64,000 bases of DNA, taken from Candidatus Latescibacterota bacterium (GTDB taxonomy: Bacteria > Latescibacterota > UBA2968). A model generated the notes under the pieces. That model was not told the origin of the DNA, searched no databases, and saw only the letters and a program-made list of their open reading frames with translations. Shown in pieces: positions 50,103 to 60,431 of the stretch; within the stretch, counting starts at the first letter, position 1, and every line of letters begins with the position of its first letter. A program made the position numbers and the translations under genes. The stretch lies in the NCBI GenBank assembly GCA_965116885.1, contig OZ220741.1, positions 1,728,001 through 1,792,000 of the forward strand, read 5' to 3'.

Positions 50103-50950
50103 TCCTGATGAGACGCACAATCTACTAACTTCACACCGTCTTTCATCCATTCGCGCAGGCGCGTTGTGTCATTCACGGCTCGCAATGCGATGTTTCGCGA
50201 TGCCTGATGGAGATCTAATTTGCGGATTATGATCTCGTCGGTGAATATGCCGGCTTCGACCATGACGTTGCCATTTGGATGGATGATTTTTGATTCGCCG
50301 TGGGAAGATCCCGCGCGGTTGATATCCGTGGGGTCGGCGGGAGCGTTTGCCATGACGACGTAAATGTCATTTTCGGTTGCGCGACTGATGGGCATGGCGC
50401 GATAGGCCGACAATTTGTGCTCTGATGTGACAGAGCTTTCACAACTGGCGAAGAAGCAGATTTTTGCACCGGCCGCAGCGGGCAATCTCACGAGTTCGGG
50501 ATATCGGATGTCGTGGCAGATTAAAAAACAACAGGGTACGCCGCACAGGTGATAAATGGGCAGGTGTTGCGCGGGTTCACACCATTTTTCTCCCGCCAGA
50601 TGTATTTTGCCATAGCGTCCCTTTACGGTGCCATCGCGGTCTATGACGAGCAGGCTGTTGTAGCGGTGTCCGTTTTCGAGATGTGTTGAGCCGACGATTG
50701 CGGCAATGCCTTTTTCACGGCATACCTGTATGATTTGTCGTTCGGCTTTTTCAATGCGCGTTTGATCGAGGTTTGACCAGAAGTCGGGGCAGCTGGTATA
50801 GCCGTATAAAACCCCTTCGTGAAATGCAGCTATATCCACTTTTTCACGCGCACAGGTGTTCAGACGGTCGATAATCTCACATGTGTTTTTTTCGATATTC
50901 TCATCGGCATGCATTTGACATGCGGCAACGCGCAACGATTTTTTGGACAT
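50099..50950 (-). CDS. Carbon-nitrogen hydrolase (nitrilase superfamily)
   Basis: E-K-C triad: FHEG, YGKIHL, ICHDIRYPE; GESKII. Confidence 0.9.
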   Translation of the reverse strand: MSKKSLRVAACQMHADENIEKNTCEIIDRLNTCAREKVDIAAFHEGVLYGYTSCPDFWSNLDQTRIEKAERQIIQVCREKGIAAIVGSTHLENGHRYNSLLVIDRDGTVKGRYGKIHLAGEKWCEPAQHLPIYHLCGVPCCFLICHDIRYPELVRLPAAAGAKICFFASCESSVTSEHKLSAYRAMPISRATENDIYVVMANAPADPTDINRAGSSHGESKIIHPNGNVMVEAGIFTDEIIIRKLDLHQASRNIALRAVNDTTRLREWMKDGVKLVDCASHQE

Positions 50951-51094
50951 GTTTTCCTCCGATCGATGGTCAGGCGCGAAATATAATGACTATTTTTTAA
51001 AAATGAAGGAATTTTTGGGCACGGAGTAATATTTGGTTTGGCGTGTTTTGTGTGATATATTGTGGCGTGTGGGAAGGGTTAGGGGCTGGGGTAT

Positions 51095-51131
51095 CATCCT
51101 GCTCATCCTTCCATCCTGCTCATCCTGATCC
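51095..51131. repeat. Short CATCCT tandem repeat in the pckA leader
   Basis: catcctgct catccttc catcctgct catcctgatcc. Confidence 0.7.
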
Positions 51132-51146
51132 AGAAAGGATTTGTTT

Positions 51147-52727
51147 ATGACCGGAATAAATCTGGAGCGATACAATATTACCAGGCCGTTTATTTTGCGC
51201 AATGCTTCGCCAGCGGTGCTTTACGAGGAGGCACTGACCCATGAGACCGGATCGACGATTACGAGTACTGGGGCGCTTATTGTGCGTTCGGGAGAAAAGA
51301 CCGGGCGCAGTCCAGAGGATAAACGCATTGTGAATCATCCCGATAGTGCGGACGATATCTGGTGGGGTGAGGTCAATATCAAGCTCGATGAGCGCACGTT
51401 TCTGATCAATAGAGAGCGGGCTATCGATTATCTCAATGTTTGCGATCGCATTTATGTGGTTGATGGGTACGCGGGCTGGGATCCCAAGTATCGCATTAAG
51501 GTGCGGGTTGTTTGCGCCCGCGCGTACCATGCTCTGTTTATGCACAATATGCTTATGCGTCCCTCGCGCACGGAACTCGAAAATTTTGGCGAGCCGGATT
51601 ATGTCATTTTTAATGCTGGCAGATTTCCCGCGAACCGATATACGGCTGAGATGACTTCGACTACGAGTGTGGATGTGAGTTTTGAAATGCAAGAGATGGT
51701 TATTTTGGGAACGGAATATGCGGGTGAGATGAAAAAAGGTGTTTTCACGGTTCTCAATTATATTTTGCCCAGGCAGGATATTTTGTCGATGCACTGTTCG
51801 GCCAATGTGGGTGCTGCGGGTGATACGGCGCTCTTTTTTGGTCTGTCTGGTACGGGAAAGACCACGCTTTCAGCCGAGCCTCAGCGCCGTTTGATCGGCG
51901 ATGATGAACACGGGTGGAGCGATCGCGGCATTTTCAATTTTGAGGGTGGTTGTTACGCCAAGTGCATTGGTCTTTCACAAGCGCGCGAGCCGGAGATTTA
52001 CAATGCGATCCGTTTTGGGACGGTGCTCGAAAATGTCGTTTTTGACGAGCATACGCGCGTGATTAGTTACGATGATGATTCTATTACGGAAAATACGCGT
52101 GCGGCTTATCCCATTGAGTATATTCCCAATGCACAAATTCCATGTGTGGGCGGTCATCCCAGGAATGTGATTTTTTTGACTTGCGATGCTTTTGGTGTTT
52201 TGCCTCCGGTGAGCAAGCTTACGCCTGCACAGGCGATGTATCATTTTATCAGCGGTTATACGGCCAAGGTCGCGGGTACAGAGATGGGTATTACCGAACC
52301 GCAGGCTTCTTTTTCGGCCTGTTTTGGCGCGCCTTTTCTCGTGTGGCATCCGGGGAAGTACGCCGAGCAACTGGCAGAAAAAATCCAGCAACACAATTCG
52401 GATGTGTGGCTGGTCAATACGGGCTGGTCGGGCGGTGGCTACGGCGTTGGTAAGCGCATTACGTTGACGAATACCCGATCAATTATTCGGGCGATACACA
52501 ATGGTGCTTTGACAGATGTGGCGTGCGAGACAGATCCGCGCTTTGGTTTCGAGGTTCCAAAGACCTGTCCAGATGTTACGGGTAGTATTTTGTCGCCGCG
52601 TGCGACGTGGTCCAATCCGTCTGAATACGATGCGAGGGCTACGCATCTGGCGCGGTTGTTTAAGGAGAATTTCAAGCAGTTTGAAGATGGGGTTAGCGAT
52701 GAGATTATAGAGGCGGGGCCTGTTTGA
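51147..52727 (+). CDS. pckA: Phosphoenolpyruvate carboxykinase (ATP)
   Basis: [51 protein letters not shown]. Confidence 0.97.
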   Translation: MTGINLERYNITRPFILRNASPAVLYEEALTHETGSTITSTGALIVRSGEKTGRSPEDKRIVNHPDSADDIWWGEVNIKLDERTFLINRERAIDYLNVCDRIYVVDGYAGWDPKYRIKVRVVCARAYHALFMHNMLMRPSRTELENFGEPDYVIFNAGRFPANRYTAEMTSTTSVDVSFEMQEMVILGTEYAGEMKKGVFTVLNYILPRQDILSMHCSANVGAAGDTALFFGLSGTGKTTLSAEPQRRLIGDDEHGWSDRGIFNFEGGCYAKCIGLSQAREPEIYNAIRFGTVLENVVFDEHTRVISYDDDSITENTRAAYPIEYIPNAQIPCVGGHPRNVIFLTCDAFGVLPPVSKLTPAQAMYHFISGYTAKVAGTEMGITEPQASFSACFGAPFLVWHPGKYAEQLAEKIQQHNSDVWLVNTGWSGGGYGVGKRITLTNTRSIIRAIHNGALTDVACETDPRFGFEVPKTCPDVTGSILSPRATWSNPSEYDARATHLARLFKENFKQFEDGVSDEIIEAGPV

Positions 52728-52734
52728 GGAGAGA

Positions 52735-53991
52735 TTACAGGTAGGGAATGACCAGTGGGCCGTCGGGCAATACGGCTACGCGGGCATCCCGGGTTTTCAG
52801 GTGGTCGTGTAGCGCTTTGTTGAGGTCGGGTATGACCTGTAGTTTGCAGGCGCGGACCTCGTCGCTGTCCATGTCGGTATAGACTTTTACATTTACGCGG
52901 TCTAAGATGCCCGATAGAATTTGCGCCTGCCACTGGTCGAGGATCGGTTCACGCGCATAGACCGATTCTATCACGTCTGCAGGTGTATGGCCTTCGCGCA
53001 TCAATGCCGCAAAATTGCCGTGATTGGGTACGCCATCGCTACACGCACTGGCTACGAGGATTGTTCCGCCGTCGGTTACGATACGCGCTGCGGCTGAGAT
53101 GCCTTTTACGGTTTGATACAGGTTTTGATCCAGGGGAAAGCCGCTGTTGGATGTGACGACCAGCGGGAAGGGGGTTTCGACAGGGACCATTGCCGAGGCT
53201 TTTACATCGGCGCACCCCTTTGCATGGGCTTGGGAGAGATCGCCCGCGTAATATCCCGAGATTTTCTTTTCTGCGTTGAGTGTCACGTTGAGCAAAAAAT
53301 CCGGGGGACATAGCGCGACGCATTCGCGAATTTCCCGGTGTAGTGGGTTTTCGTGGAGTACGCCCCATGTGCTGTTTGGGTCGGCGATTAGTTCGGCGCG
53401 ATGGAGTCGGAAAATGGTTTCAATGCTCGCCACGCCGGGCGCGACTGCTTTTGGCCCGCCTGAGAATCCCGCAAAGAAGTGTGGTTCGATAAATCCGAGG
53501 GCAATGCGCACATCTGCATTGATGTATTCCCGGTTCAAAAATACGGTTGTTCCATCCGCAGTTTTGCCCACCTGCTCGTTTTGCGTTTCGCTAAATGCAT
53601 CGTGGTTAACAATGCGTACGCGGCGAACCAGATCTTCGCCAAACATTTCGACGATTTCGCGCTTTGTATTTGGTCTGTGCGTGCCCGTGCCGATCAATAC
53701 GGTTACACGGTCGGGGGATACGGGCAGTTCTTCGAGTAGATAGGGGATTAGTTGTTTGTTCGGGACGGGACGGGTGCCGTCGGATGTTGCGATTACGACG
53801 CGGTCTGAAGGTTTGACTATTTCTTTGAGTGGTTTTGTGCCGAGAGGATGGCGCACGGCTTCGAGAAAGAGCTGTTTGGGGTCTTTGAGTGCAGGTTCAA
53901 ATGAGGGGCGGATTATGTCCCAGTGCGCCAGTTTGGGGTCTGCACAAACAGATACGGCTCCTCGGCCATAAGGTATGTCGATTTGTTTCAT
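52735..53991 (-). CDS. larA: Nickel-pincer-dependent lactate racemase family protein (LarA homologue)
   Basis: SDGTRP, GTGTHR, IEPHFFAGFSGGPK, DQNLYQTVKG, DQWQAQ. Confidence 0.88.
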   Translation of the reverse strand: MKQIDIPYGRGAVSVCADPKLAHWDIIRPSFEPALKDPKQLFLEAVRHPLGTKPLKEIVKPSDRVVIATSDGTRPVPNKQLIPYLLEELPVSPDRVTVLIGTGTHRPNTKREIVEMFGEDLVRRVRIVNHDAFSETQNEQVGKTADGTTVFLNREYINADVRIALGFIEPHFFAGFSGGPKAVAPGVASIETIFRLHRAELIADPNSTWGVLHENPLHREIRECVALCPPDFLLNVTLNAEKKISGYYAGDLSQAHAKGCADVKASAMVPVETPFPLVVTSNSGFPLDQNLYQTVKGISAAARIVTDGGTILVASACSDGVPNHGNFAALMREGHTPADVIESVYAREPILDQWQAQILSGILDRVNVKVYTDMDSDEVRACKLQVIPDLNKALHDHLKTRDARVAVLPDGPLVIPYL

Positions 53992-53993
53992 GT

Positions 53994-55259
53994 TTAACCC
54001 CGTGCTAAAGCGTCCGCTGTTTGCAGGATGATTTCTTCTTCGCCCTGATATGGCGCGGGTTCCCCGTAATACGGATAGGCATTGGGTTCGTAACCACCTT
54101 CTTCGTATTGCCGCTCTGTACACAAATATCCCACTTCGTCATTGGCATAGCCCACGGGCCACAGGTCCGCGCTGATGTCCCGTAGCCTTTTTTCCATTGC
54201 ATGTCCAATTTCCTGTACGGGTTCGCCCGGTATGGTGATCAGTGCTATTGGTCCCACCTGCATCAGTTGCATTTCGGTGGGTTTTTCAGATGGGACGGTG
54301 CCTGATGCCATCATTCCCAGTACATTTCTTGCCCAAGATCCTGTCAATAATTGTCCGCGTTCGCTTTGGTCTGTTGCCATTTTCTTTAGTTCGTCTTCGG
54401 GCATCAGGTCGCCGAATGGTATTGCGATGTCGGTGCGGCGGGCAGATATGCGTTGTGTACTTCTGGTGTTTAGTCCTGTAGCTATGCGGCATACTTCGTC
54501 GCCGAGTTCGTGACCACAAGCGTCTAATTGTTCTCTGGTGGCGGATGCAAATCCTCCGGTTTCGCTCAGGATGGCGGGGCGGATGTTGCCAAAGCACCCG
54601 GGTAAGAAGAGTGCTTTGCTTCCGAGGGCTTGTTCAATTCGGTTGCGGGCTATGCCGGGATAATCGGGCGAGATGATGCCGTTGGCGCCGCTCAATGTGG
54701 TCGGGTGACAGGCGTAGTGGAATAATGTGGCGAGGGGGGTGCCGTTTTCTCCTGTTACGTGTAAGACTCTTACGCGGCGATCGACGATTCCGCCGTAGTT
54801 CAAGGTCATGCTTGAAGCTCCAGGGAGCGGGCGGCGGTTGATGTTGAAATGCGCGGATCCGCATCCGAGACCGAGGGTTACGGGCTGGAGATTTGCGGCT
54901 GCTTCGGCTATGCACGCGGCGGTGGTTTCGACTATGCGATCCATATATTCGGGGTCGGGGGTCATGCCCAAACACGGCAATGTAGGGAGGGCGCAATGCG
55001 TGTGGCTACACGCTACCATTACGCTGTCTCCCGGAATAATATTTGCCACTTTCGCCCGGATTCGGTCAGTGGTGGCTCTGGTTATGCCGATGACGTCGAG
55101 TGTGGCGATGGCTATTTGCGCGTCTCCGTCGGCAAATACAACTGCCCGTACTTCCAGAGGATAGAGTACAGAATGCGATGGGTTGGTGTTCCAATGTCCC
55201 TGAAGTACTGGGCCGGGTTCTGGCGTGATGTCTCCGCTTGCAACGCCGCTTCGGATCAT
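53994..55259 (-). CDS. Neutral/alkaline ceramidase-like hydrolase
   Basis: DITP, CSHTH, YACHPT, DYPG, PGEP, GYAND..GY..GGYE. Confidence 0.8.
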   Translation of the reverse strand: MIRSGVASGDITPEPGPVLQGHWNTNPSHSVLYPLEVRAVVFADGDAQIAIATLDVIGITRATTDRIRAKVANIIPGDSVMVACSHTHCALPTLPCLGMTPDPEYMDRIVETTAACIAEAAANLQPVTLGLGCGSAHFNINRRPLPGASSMTLNYGGIVDRRVRVLHVTGENGTPLATLFHYACHPTTLSGANGIISPDYPGIARNRIEQALGSKALFLPGCFGNIRPAILSETGGFASATREQLDACGHELGDEVCRIATGLNTRSTQRISARRTDIAIPFGDLMPEDELKKMATDQSERGQLLTGSWARNVLGMMASGTVPSEKPTEMQLMQVGPIALITIPGEPVQEIGHAMEKRLRDISADLWPVGYANDEVGYLCTERQYEEGGYEPNAYPYYGEPAPYQGEEEIILQTADALARG

Positions 55260-55613
55260 GGTATGTCTCCTGAATTTATGCGTTCGGAATTTAATTTTTC
55301 AAATGTATCTCAGAATTGCCTTTCGCGCAATCTTCTTTGTAGGGGACAATAATTTCAACTCTTAAATTGGTAATGGATCAATATGTTCACTATTGCGTGC
55401 GCGGCGCATTCGGATTTGTATTTGTTTTTTGAGGTGGTACTTAAATTCGAGTTGTGGATGCGAGCGTAATACAGCATATTTTAAGCAAAAGGTGGTGCTT
55501 GAACTGCTTTTTCTGGAATATGTGGATCAATTTTTGGATAATGGCGTTTTCTGGCTCGCTATTTGCTAAAGGTCGGAGTGTTATGTGTAGTCTAAAACAC
55601 ACCCTCAGATCCA

Positions 55614-55713
55614 ACGAATCAATCAACTCTATCAACTAAGCCGTCATTGCGGCATGCTTCTGAGCCGCCACGCGCAAGCACAACGCCAGTAATCCAGTGG
55701 TTTTGGTTGTCAT
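55614..55713 (+). repeat. 100-bp direct repeat, copy 1
   Basis: 97/100 identical to 56545-56644 by manual alignment. Confidence 0.9.
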
Positions 55714-55783
55714 GTTGACAGTGTATAATGGTTTCGTTACCTTATATAAATCAACACCTTTTTCCCACTAAAGGGAGTAACAA

Positions 55784-56002
55784 ATGAATGATCAAGAGGT
55801 AGAACACCGATTAACTAAATTGGAAAGAGATGTAGAGATCAATGTTGAGATCATCAAGGAGCAAGTTTCAGGTATTCGGGAAGATATAAAAGAGATGCGA
55901 AGTGAGCTGACAGGTCGTATGGATATTTCCGCTAAATGGATGCTCACAGTGATATTTGGAGGTCTTGCTGTTATTGTTGCACTTATTAAGTGGCTTCCTT
56001 AG
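55784..56002 (+). CDS. Small coiled-coil protein with a C-terminal TM helix
   Basis: GGAG RBS; heptad pattern then KWMLTVIFGGLAVIVALIKWLP; TTGACA promoter-like site at 55715. Confidence 0.65.
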   Translation: MNDQEVEHRLTKLERDVEINVEIIKEQVSGIREDIKEMRSELTGRMDISAKWMLTVIFGGLAVIVALIKWLP

Positions 56003-56017
56003 ATAAGGAGGTTAGAG

Positions 56018-56251
56018 ATGCTGGAATTCATAGCGATATACTTCTATGATTACATGGATAAGTGGTATTGGATTTTACATAGAACTGGAGGACCTCTAAA
56101 GATTTCTCCATACGACAATACTTCTAAAGAACTCTGTTTAGAGAGGATTAGAATACTTCAAGATGATGGGTCTCTCCCGATTTGTAAGGTTGCTATGGGC
56201 GGTTTTCGAGAGCCACCTAATTACAAAGAACGTCCTATTTGCGATCCGTGA
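56018..56251 (+). CDS. Hypothetical protein
   Basis: Perfect AAGGAGG RBS; co-oriented with the previous gene. Confidence 0.5.
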   Translation: MLEFIAIYFYDYMDKWYWILHRTGGPLKISPYDNTSKELCLERIRILQDDGSLPICKVAMGGFREPPNYKERPICDP

Positions 56252-56544
56252 GGTTGAAGGTTTATATTTAAATAAATTATTGATTTTATTTAATTTATTC
56301 GCATAATTTTAGTATATTACCCCTTGTTGAATAATAACAATAGGGGGTATTTTTATGGCGTATAAAGAGCGGAACTGAGTGAGACGCACCCTCTATCTGG
56401 CCGCATTGCCGATATTGGCGATTTACACCGCCTCAAGTAGTTGCTTGGCAATTCAGGCCACCAGTCCCGAAGCATTTGAACGTATGTTAGATGATGTGTG
56501 ACGTAGTTTCTGAGATCATGAGGCGGAATCAAGAAATCAATCTT

Positions 56545-56644
56545 ACGAATCAATCAACTCTATCAACCAGGCCGTCATTGCGGCATGCTTCTGAGCCGCC
56601 ACGCGCAAGCACCACGCCAGTAATCCAGTGGTTTTGGTTGTCAT
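56545..56644 (+). repeat. 100-bp direct repeat, copy 2
   Basis: See copy 1; partial third fragment GCACCACGCCAGTAATCC near 56673-56690. Confidence 0.9.
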
Positions 56645-56715
56645 ATGGGCCTGGTTTTGATCCCTACGCGCAGCACCACGCCAGTAATCCGCATCTGTCC
56701 ACTTATAGGGCAGAA

Positions 56716-58293
56716 TCAGGAGGCAGCGGTCAGCAGACCAGCATTTTGCCGGAAGGACAGGGCCACGCTGTCAATATGCGGCTTGTTCTTGTAGTAGAAC
56801 AAATCATCGTGGGTGAGTCCTGTGATGTTCAGAGCCAAATTCAACATATGGGGTTGGAGGTGTTTGTTTAGATATATTCCAATTCCGGCTCCAGCTATCG
56901 TACCGGCTATGCCACCGATCAGGTTGCCAACTCCCGGTACGGCTGTGCCTGCGGCAGCCCCACCAAAACCACCGGCAGTTGACAGGACAGTTGAGACGCC
57001 AAAACGAGACATTAAAGTTAGGGTTTGCACGACCTGCATCTTGTTTTTGGTGGTACGATCAGCAGTACTGAATTCCTTCTCAGTTTTGAGGACGTTGTAT
57101 ATCAACTTAGCACCCACAAAAATTGCGCCCGCGTAAGGGACTATCTCTCCGACACTGTCGGGCAGGTCAAAGCCTTGATTGGCACTGAGGATTTCAAGAC
57201 CATCCATTGTTCCTTCTACCAGTTCGTATTCAGTGCCCCTATCGGTTATTTGATTTATCGTATTCTGCGCGCTACCGTAAATTTTATCGTAAATTTCGGT
57301 GCTGATGGCGTAATGTATGTTGGGATATTCAGCCATTAGCTGTTGGACTTCACCAGCACGGCCTGCTAAACCAGTTTTGACTTGAAACAGTATCTCTTGT
57401 CCTTCAGGAGAAGTTGCAGGGATGTCCCAGATAGGCTGGGTGGGATCTTGGGGCATTCTTATGTTGGTGTACCCTCGTGCTTCGAGCTTTTCTGCGAAGT
57501 CGAGTTCGGCATATTTGCCTTTGAGATTGTTTAAGAATCCACTGGGGGCATTTCCGCCGCGCTGTAGCATCTCTTGCCAGTGTTCGTGAAGTGAACCTTC
57601 GTAAGTCCCGAAGGCCATTTCGTGGGCTTGAGCCAGTTTGTCATCTATGCTGGAGGTTTTCAACCCATCTTCGATTTTTTGCACCAGCGCATCATTAGAT
57701 CCAATGTTGGTTATTCGGTTTATCGTATCCTGTGCGCTATCGCGAATTCTATTATAAATTTCGGTACTAACGACGTAGTGTATGTTAGGATTTTCGGCTA
57801 TTAGCTGTTGAACTTCTCCAGCGCGGTCTGCCAATCCGGTTTCGACTTGGAACAGTGTCTCCGCTCCTTCCGAAGAGATAGCACTAATGCCCCATGGCTG
57901 GGTGGAATCTGTGGCGATTTCTACGTTGGTGAACCCTCGTGCTTCGAGATCTTCCGCAAAGTTGAGTTCGGCATATTTGTCTTTCAGTGCGCTGATGAAT
58001 CCGGTCATGGATTCGCTGCCGCCTTCTGCCATCTCCTGCCAGTGTTCGTAAAGTGAGCCCTCGTAGTTCCCGAAGGCCATTTCGTGAGCTTGGGCCAGTT
58101 TATCATCTACATTGATGGTATCAAAAATGCCCCACATTGCGAACGAGACCCCTGCTGCCGCTTCTGCCGCATAAAGCTCTCGATCCATACTCCTCAGATC
58201 GGTGATCGTATCCTGAAAGGATTTACTCTGGTCAGATTCCGAACTGGGGAGTTTCTGTAGTTCTGGTAATAGGTTCAGAGACTTCATGGCCAT
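56716..58293 (-). CDS. Protein with a tandem 154-aa duplicated domain (PD-(D/E)XK-like) and a C-terminal glycine zipper
   Basis: Repeat period 462 nt; motifs KYAEL..LEARG and LFQV(E/K)TG; GGAAAGTAVPGVGNLIGGIAGTIAG. Confidence 0.7.
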   Translation of the reverse strand: MAMKSLNLLPELQKLPSSESDQSKSFQDTITDLRSMDRELYAAEAAAGVSFAMWGIFDTINVDDKLAQAHEMAFGNYEGSLYEHWQEMAEGGSESMTGFISALKDKYAELNFAEDLEARGFTNVEIATDSTQPWGISAISSEGAETLFQVETGLADRAGEVQQLIAENPNIHYVVSTEIYNRIRDSAQDTINRITNIGSNDALVQKIEDGLKTSSIDDKLAQAHEMAFGTYEGSLHEHWQEMLQRGGNAPSGFLNNLKGKYAELDFAEKLEARGYTNIRMPQDPTQPIWDIPATSPEGQEILFQVKTGLAGRAGEVQQLMAEYPNIHYAISTEIYDKIYGSAQNTINQITDRGTEYELVEGTMDGLEILSANQGFDLPDSVGEIVPYAGAIFVGAKLIYNVLKTEKEFSTADRTTKNKMQVVQTLTLMSRFGVSTVLSTAGGFGGAAAGTAVPGVGNLIGGIAGTIAGAGIGIYLNKHLQPHMLNLALNITGLTHDDLFYYKNKPHIDSVALSFRQNAGLLTAAS

Positions 58294-58305
58294 GTTGTCT
58301 ATCTC

Positions 58306-59508
58306 CTAAGCGAGCACCGCGACGATTAGCGCGGTTATTGCGATGATAGCACTGCCAGCAGCTATGGCGGTAAGTCTGTTTCGGGTCTGACGTGCCTCTT
58401 GGCGTAGATTCTCCCCTTGCTCAGACAGGGCCTTTTGAGTGATTTGTTCATGGGTTTCGTTTAGCTGTTTTTGGGCAGTATTCAGGGCTGATTCATACTG
58501 TTGGGCCTGTTCAGATAGAGCCTTTTGGATAGTGTCGCTGAGTATTTGTTGCAAGTTGTCGTGCTCGGCGATGTGCTGGGTTAGCAGTTCGTTCTGACGA
58601 ATGACCCGTGGAATTAGCTCCTGGTTGATTCGGTCCTGTTCTTCCCAAAAGCGGACTTTTTCTCCGATACTCGGTATTTCCGTATTTTCATCTGAGCTGG
58701 GCATTGATTTTTCTGTATTCTCGGCTAACGACGATAATAGTATCTGCACCTCCTCGTCGGGGTCATATAATGAAGCCAATGTCTCACCAGTCTCCTCGTC
58801 TTGAGAAAACTCGACATCCACATCCGCGTCCTTGAGTTTCTGGGCAGTGTTGTTCAGGTTGTTCACAGTGAAGTCTATGTGATCAAAGCCCTTAGACTCA
58901 AACCATCCGGTCGATAAGAGTTCTATGACTATATTTCCCGCTTGTAAACCAACATAATCCTCATCGTCCTCGTAGGATAAGCCCTCTATTTCTTTTAATC
59001 CCAAGATCTGGGTATAGAATTGCACCGAGTCTTCTACATCGTCCGTTTTCAGGGCGAGTCCGTCAAGACGAATTTCTGTTTCCTCGCCGCTTGACATATC
59101 AGGTGAGGCGGCTGTTGTCAACACTATCTCTACATCATTAGGGTCCAAAAAACTTACCCTCTGCGTCCCGTCATCATAGTTTTTGAGTTTGACATCTACA
59201 TCCTCATCCTTGAGTTTCTGGACGGTATTGTCTAAGTTATCTACTGTGAAGGATATGCAAGCGAACCCCTCATCCATCTCCCCCTTCGTGGCCGTTTGCG
59301 AGCCGAGTATCAAACAACCACTTATATCTTTTCCTTGCAAAGCGATCGTGTTGGATTTTTTTTGTTTTTTTCTTTTTATAAATTCTCTCTCCTGCAAAGA
59401 TACTATGTCAGGTGTACGCTCTATTTCCTTCAGCCCCAGAGTCTGGGTATAGAAGTTGACCGAGTCTTCTAAATCTTCTGCCACCAAATAGATTCCATTC
59501 AGGTTCAT
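58306..59508 (-). CDS. Tandem VOC/glyoxalase domains fused to a coiled coil and C-terminal TM
   Basis: Two copies of D(L/V)EDSV.FYTQ.LGLKEI..I.FTV.NL..T.QKLKD.DV..DP; GAGGA RBS before ATG 59508. Confidence 0.75.
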   Translation of the reverse strand: MNLNGIYLVAEDLEDSVNFYTQTLGLKEIERTPDIVSLQEREFIKRKKQKKSNTIALQGKDISGCLILGSQTATKGEMDEGFACISFTVDNLDNTVQKLKDEDVDVKLKNYDDGTQRVSFLDPNDVEIVLTTAASPDMSSGEETEIRLDGLALKTDDVEDSVQFYTQILGLKEIEGLSYEDDEDYVGLQAGNIVIELLSTGWFESKGFDHIDFTVNNLNNTAQKLKDADVDVEFSQDEETGETLASLYDPDEEVQILLSSLAENTEKSMPSSDENTEIPSIGEKVRFWEEQDRINQELIPRVIRQNELLTQHIAEHDNLQQILSDTIQKALSEQAQQYESALNTAQKQLNETHEQITQKALSEQGENLRQEARQTRNRLTAIAAGSAIIAITALIVAVLA

Positions 59509-59693
59509 TTTCGTTTCCTCATCTGACAAATGAAATACTTGACTCTTTCCAGCCGCGTCTCATAATAGCTACTGAATTGTGTGAACACAATTAAAAATCA
59601 GGTTGAGAATGACCCTCTTCAACTGGAGTTCTGCGATATTGACTTTTGTAGTATAACACAGTAATTTTGAAATACGTACCAGTGGAGAGGACA

Positions 59694-59900
59694 ATGGAAA
59701 CGACGCTTGATTTGGCAGGATTGTCTGAAGATCGAATACAATATCTCAAAAACCTCGTTGCGATTTGGAAAGCACGAGGTGAGAATAGTGGTGGACTACA
59801 GCCCATTATCAAGCGGAAAGTAGCTCCGTCGGAATTTATCGTGAAGGATTCTGATGTTGTTGGCGGTGAAGTGACCCGAGCAATGGCGTATGATGAATAA
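59694..59900 (+). CDS. Small hypothetical protein (antitoxin-like size)
   Basis: GGAGAGG RBS; 68 aa. Confidence 0.5.
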   Translation: METTLDLAGLSEDRIQYLKNLVAIWKARGENSGGLQPIIKRKVAPSEFIVKDSDVVGGEVTRAMAYDE

Positions 59901-60039
59901 TTTTGGTGATCTTTCATACCTTCTCTTGCAACCGAAATCCACCAAATGATACCCCTGAAGAGATTATCTCTCCAGGGGATTTTAAATTTTTCAATATGGA
60001 ACGCATGAACGCTGATCGAGAGCGAAAAGAGGGATAAAG

Positions 60040-60351
60040 ATGACCAGTGAAAAGACAAGTGTGCGGATATTTCTCGAAGAACAGTTGAAAGATCGAGAAG
60101 TCGCGGAATCATTCTACCAGGGCCTTGATGAACTGCGGCTTGCAGTTAAAATTGCCCAACTGCGCAAGCAACGCGGATTGACGCAGGCGCAATTGGCAGC
60201 GAAATTGGATACCAGTACACCGGTCATTAGCCGATTGGAAAACCGGGGAAACTGTACCATCAGCACCTTAAAAAAAGTCGCCGCAGCCCTGGATGCAGTT
60301 GTGCAAATTGACATCGTGTCTAAAGAAGAGAGCGCAATTCAAAAAACGTGA
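60040..60351 (+). CDS. XRE/HigA-like HTH antitoxin or regulator
   Basis: LRKQRGLTQAQLAAKL..VISRLEN..TISTLKKVAAAL. Confidence 0.88.
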   Translation: MTSEKTSVRIFLEEQLKDREVAESFYQGLDELRLAVKIAQLRKQRGLTQAQLAAKLDTSTPVISRLENRGNCTISTLKKVAAALDAVVQIDIVSKEESAIQKT

Positions 60352-60397
60352 ATCTTTTCCTCCCAAATTCCAATTTAAGTGCAACAGCAGAAAAGAA

Positions 60398-60431
60398 GAA
60401 CGCCCCAGCATCGTTGTGCCGGGGCGTTTTT
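60398..60431 (+). terminator. Intrinsic terminator-like hairpin
   Basis: AACGCCCCAGCA..TGCCGGGGCGTT TTT. Confidence 0.6.

Noticed and set aside
51095..51131. CATCCT repeats as a mini-CRISPR or riboswitch
   Set aside because: Four 8-9 nt units without spacers; simple short tandem repeat
56369..56492. Possible tyrosine integrase remnant (GDLHRLK*LLG..H..TYV)
   Set aside because: Short, stop-interrupted, and too weak to support without a search
55614..56644. CRISPR array or integron attC sites
   Set aside because: Only two full 100-bp copies, 931 bp apart; no regular spacers, cas genes, RYYYAAC/GTTRRRY ends or integrase
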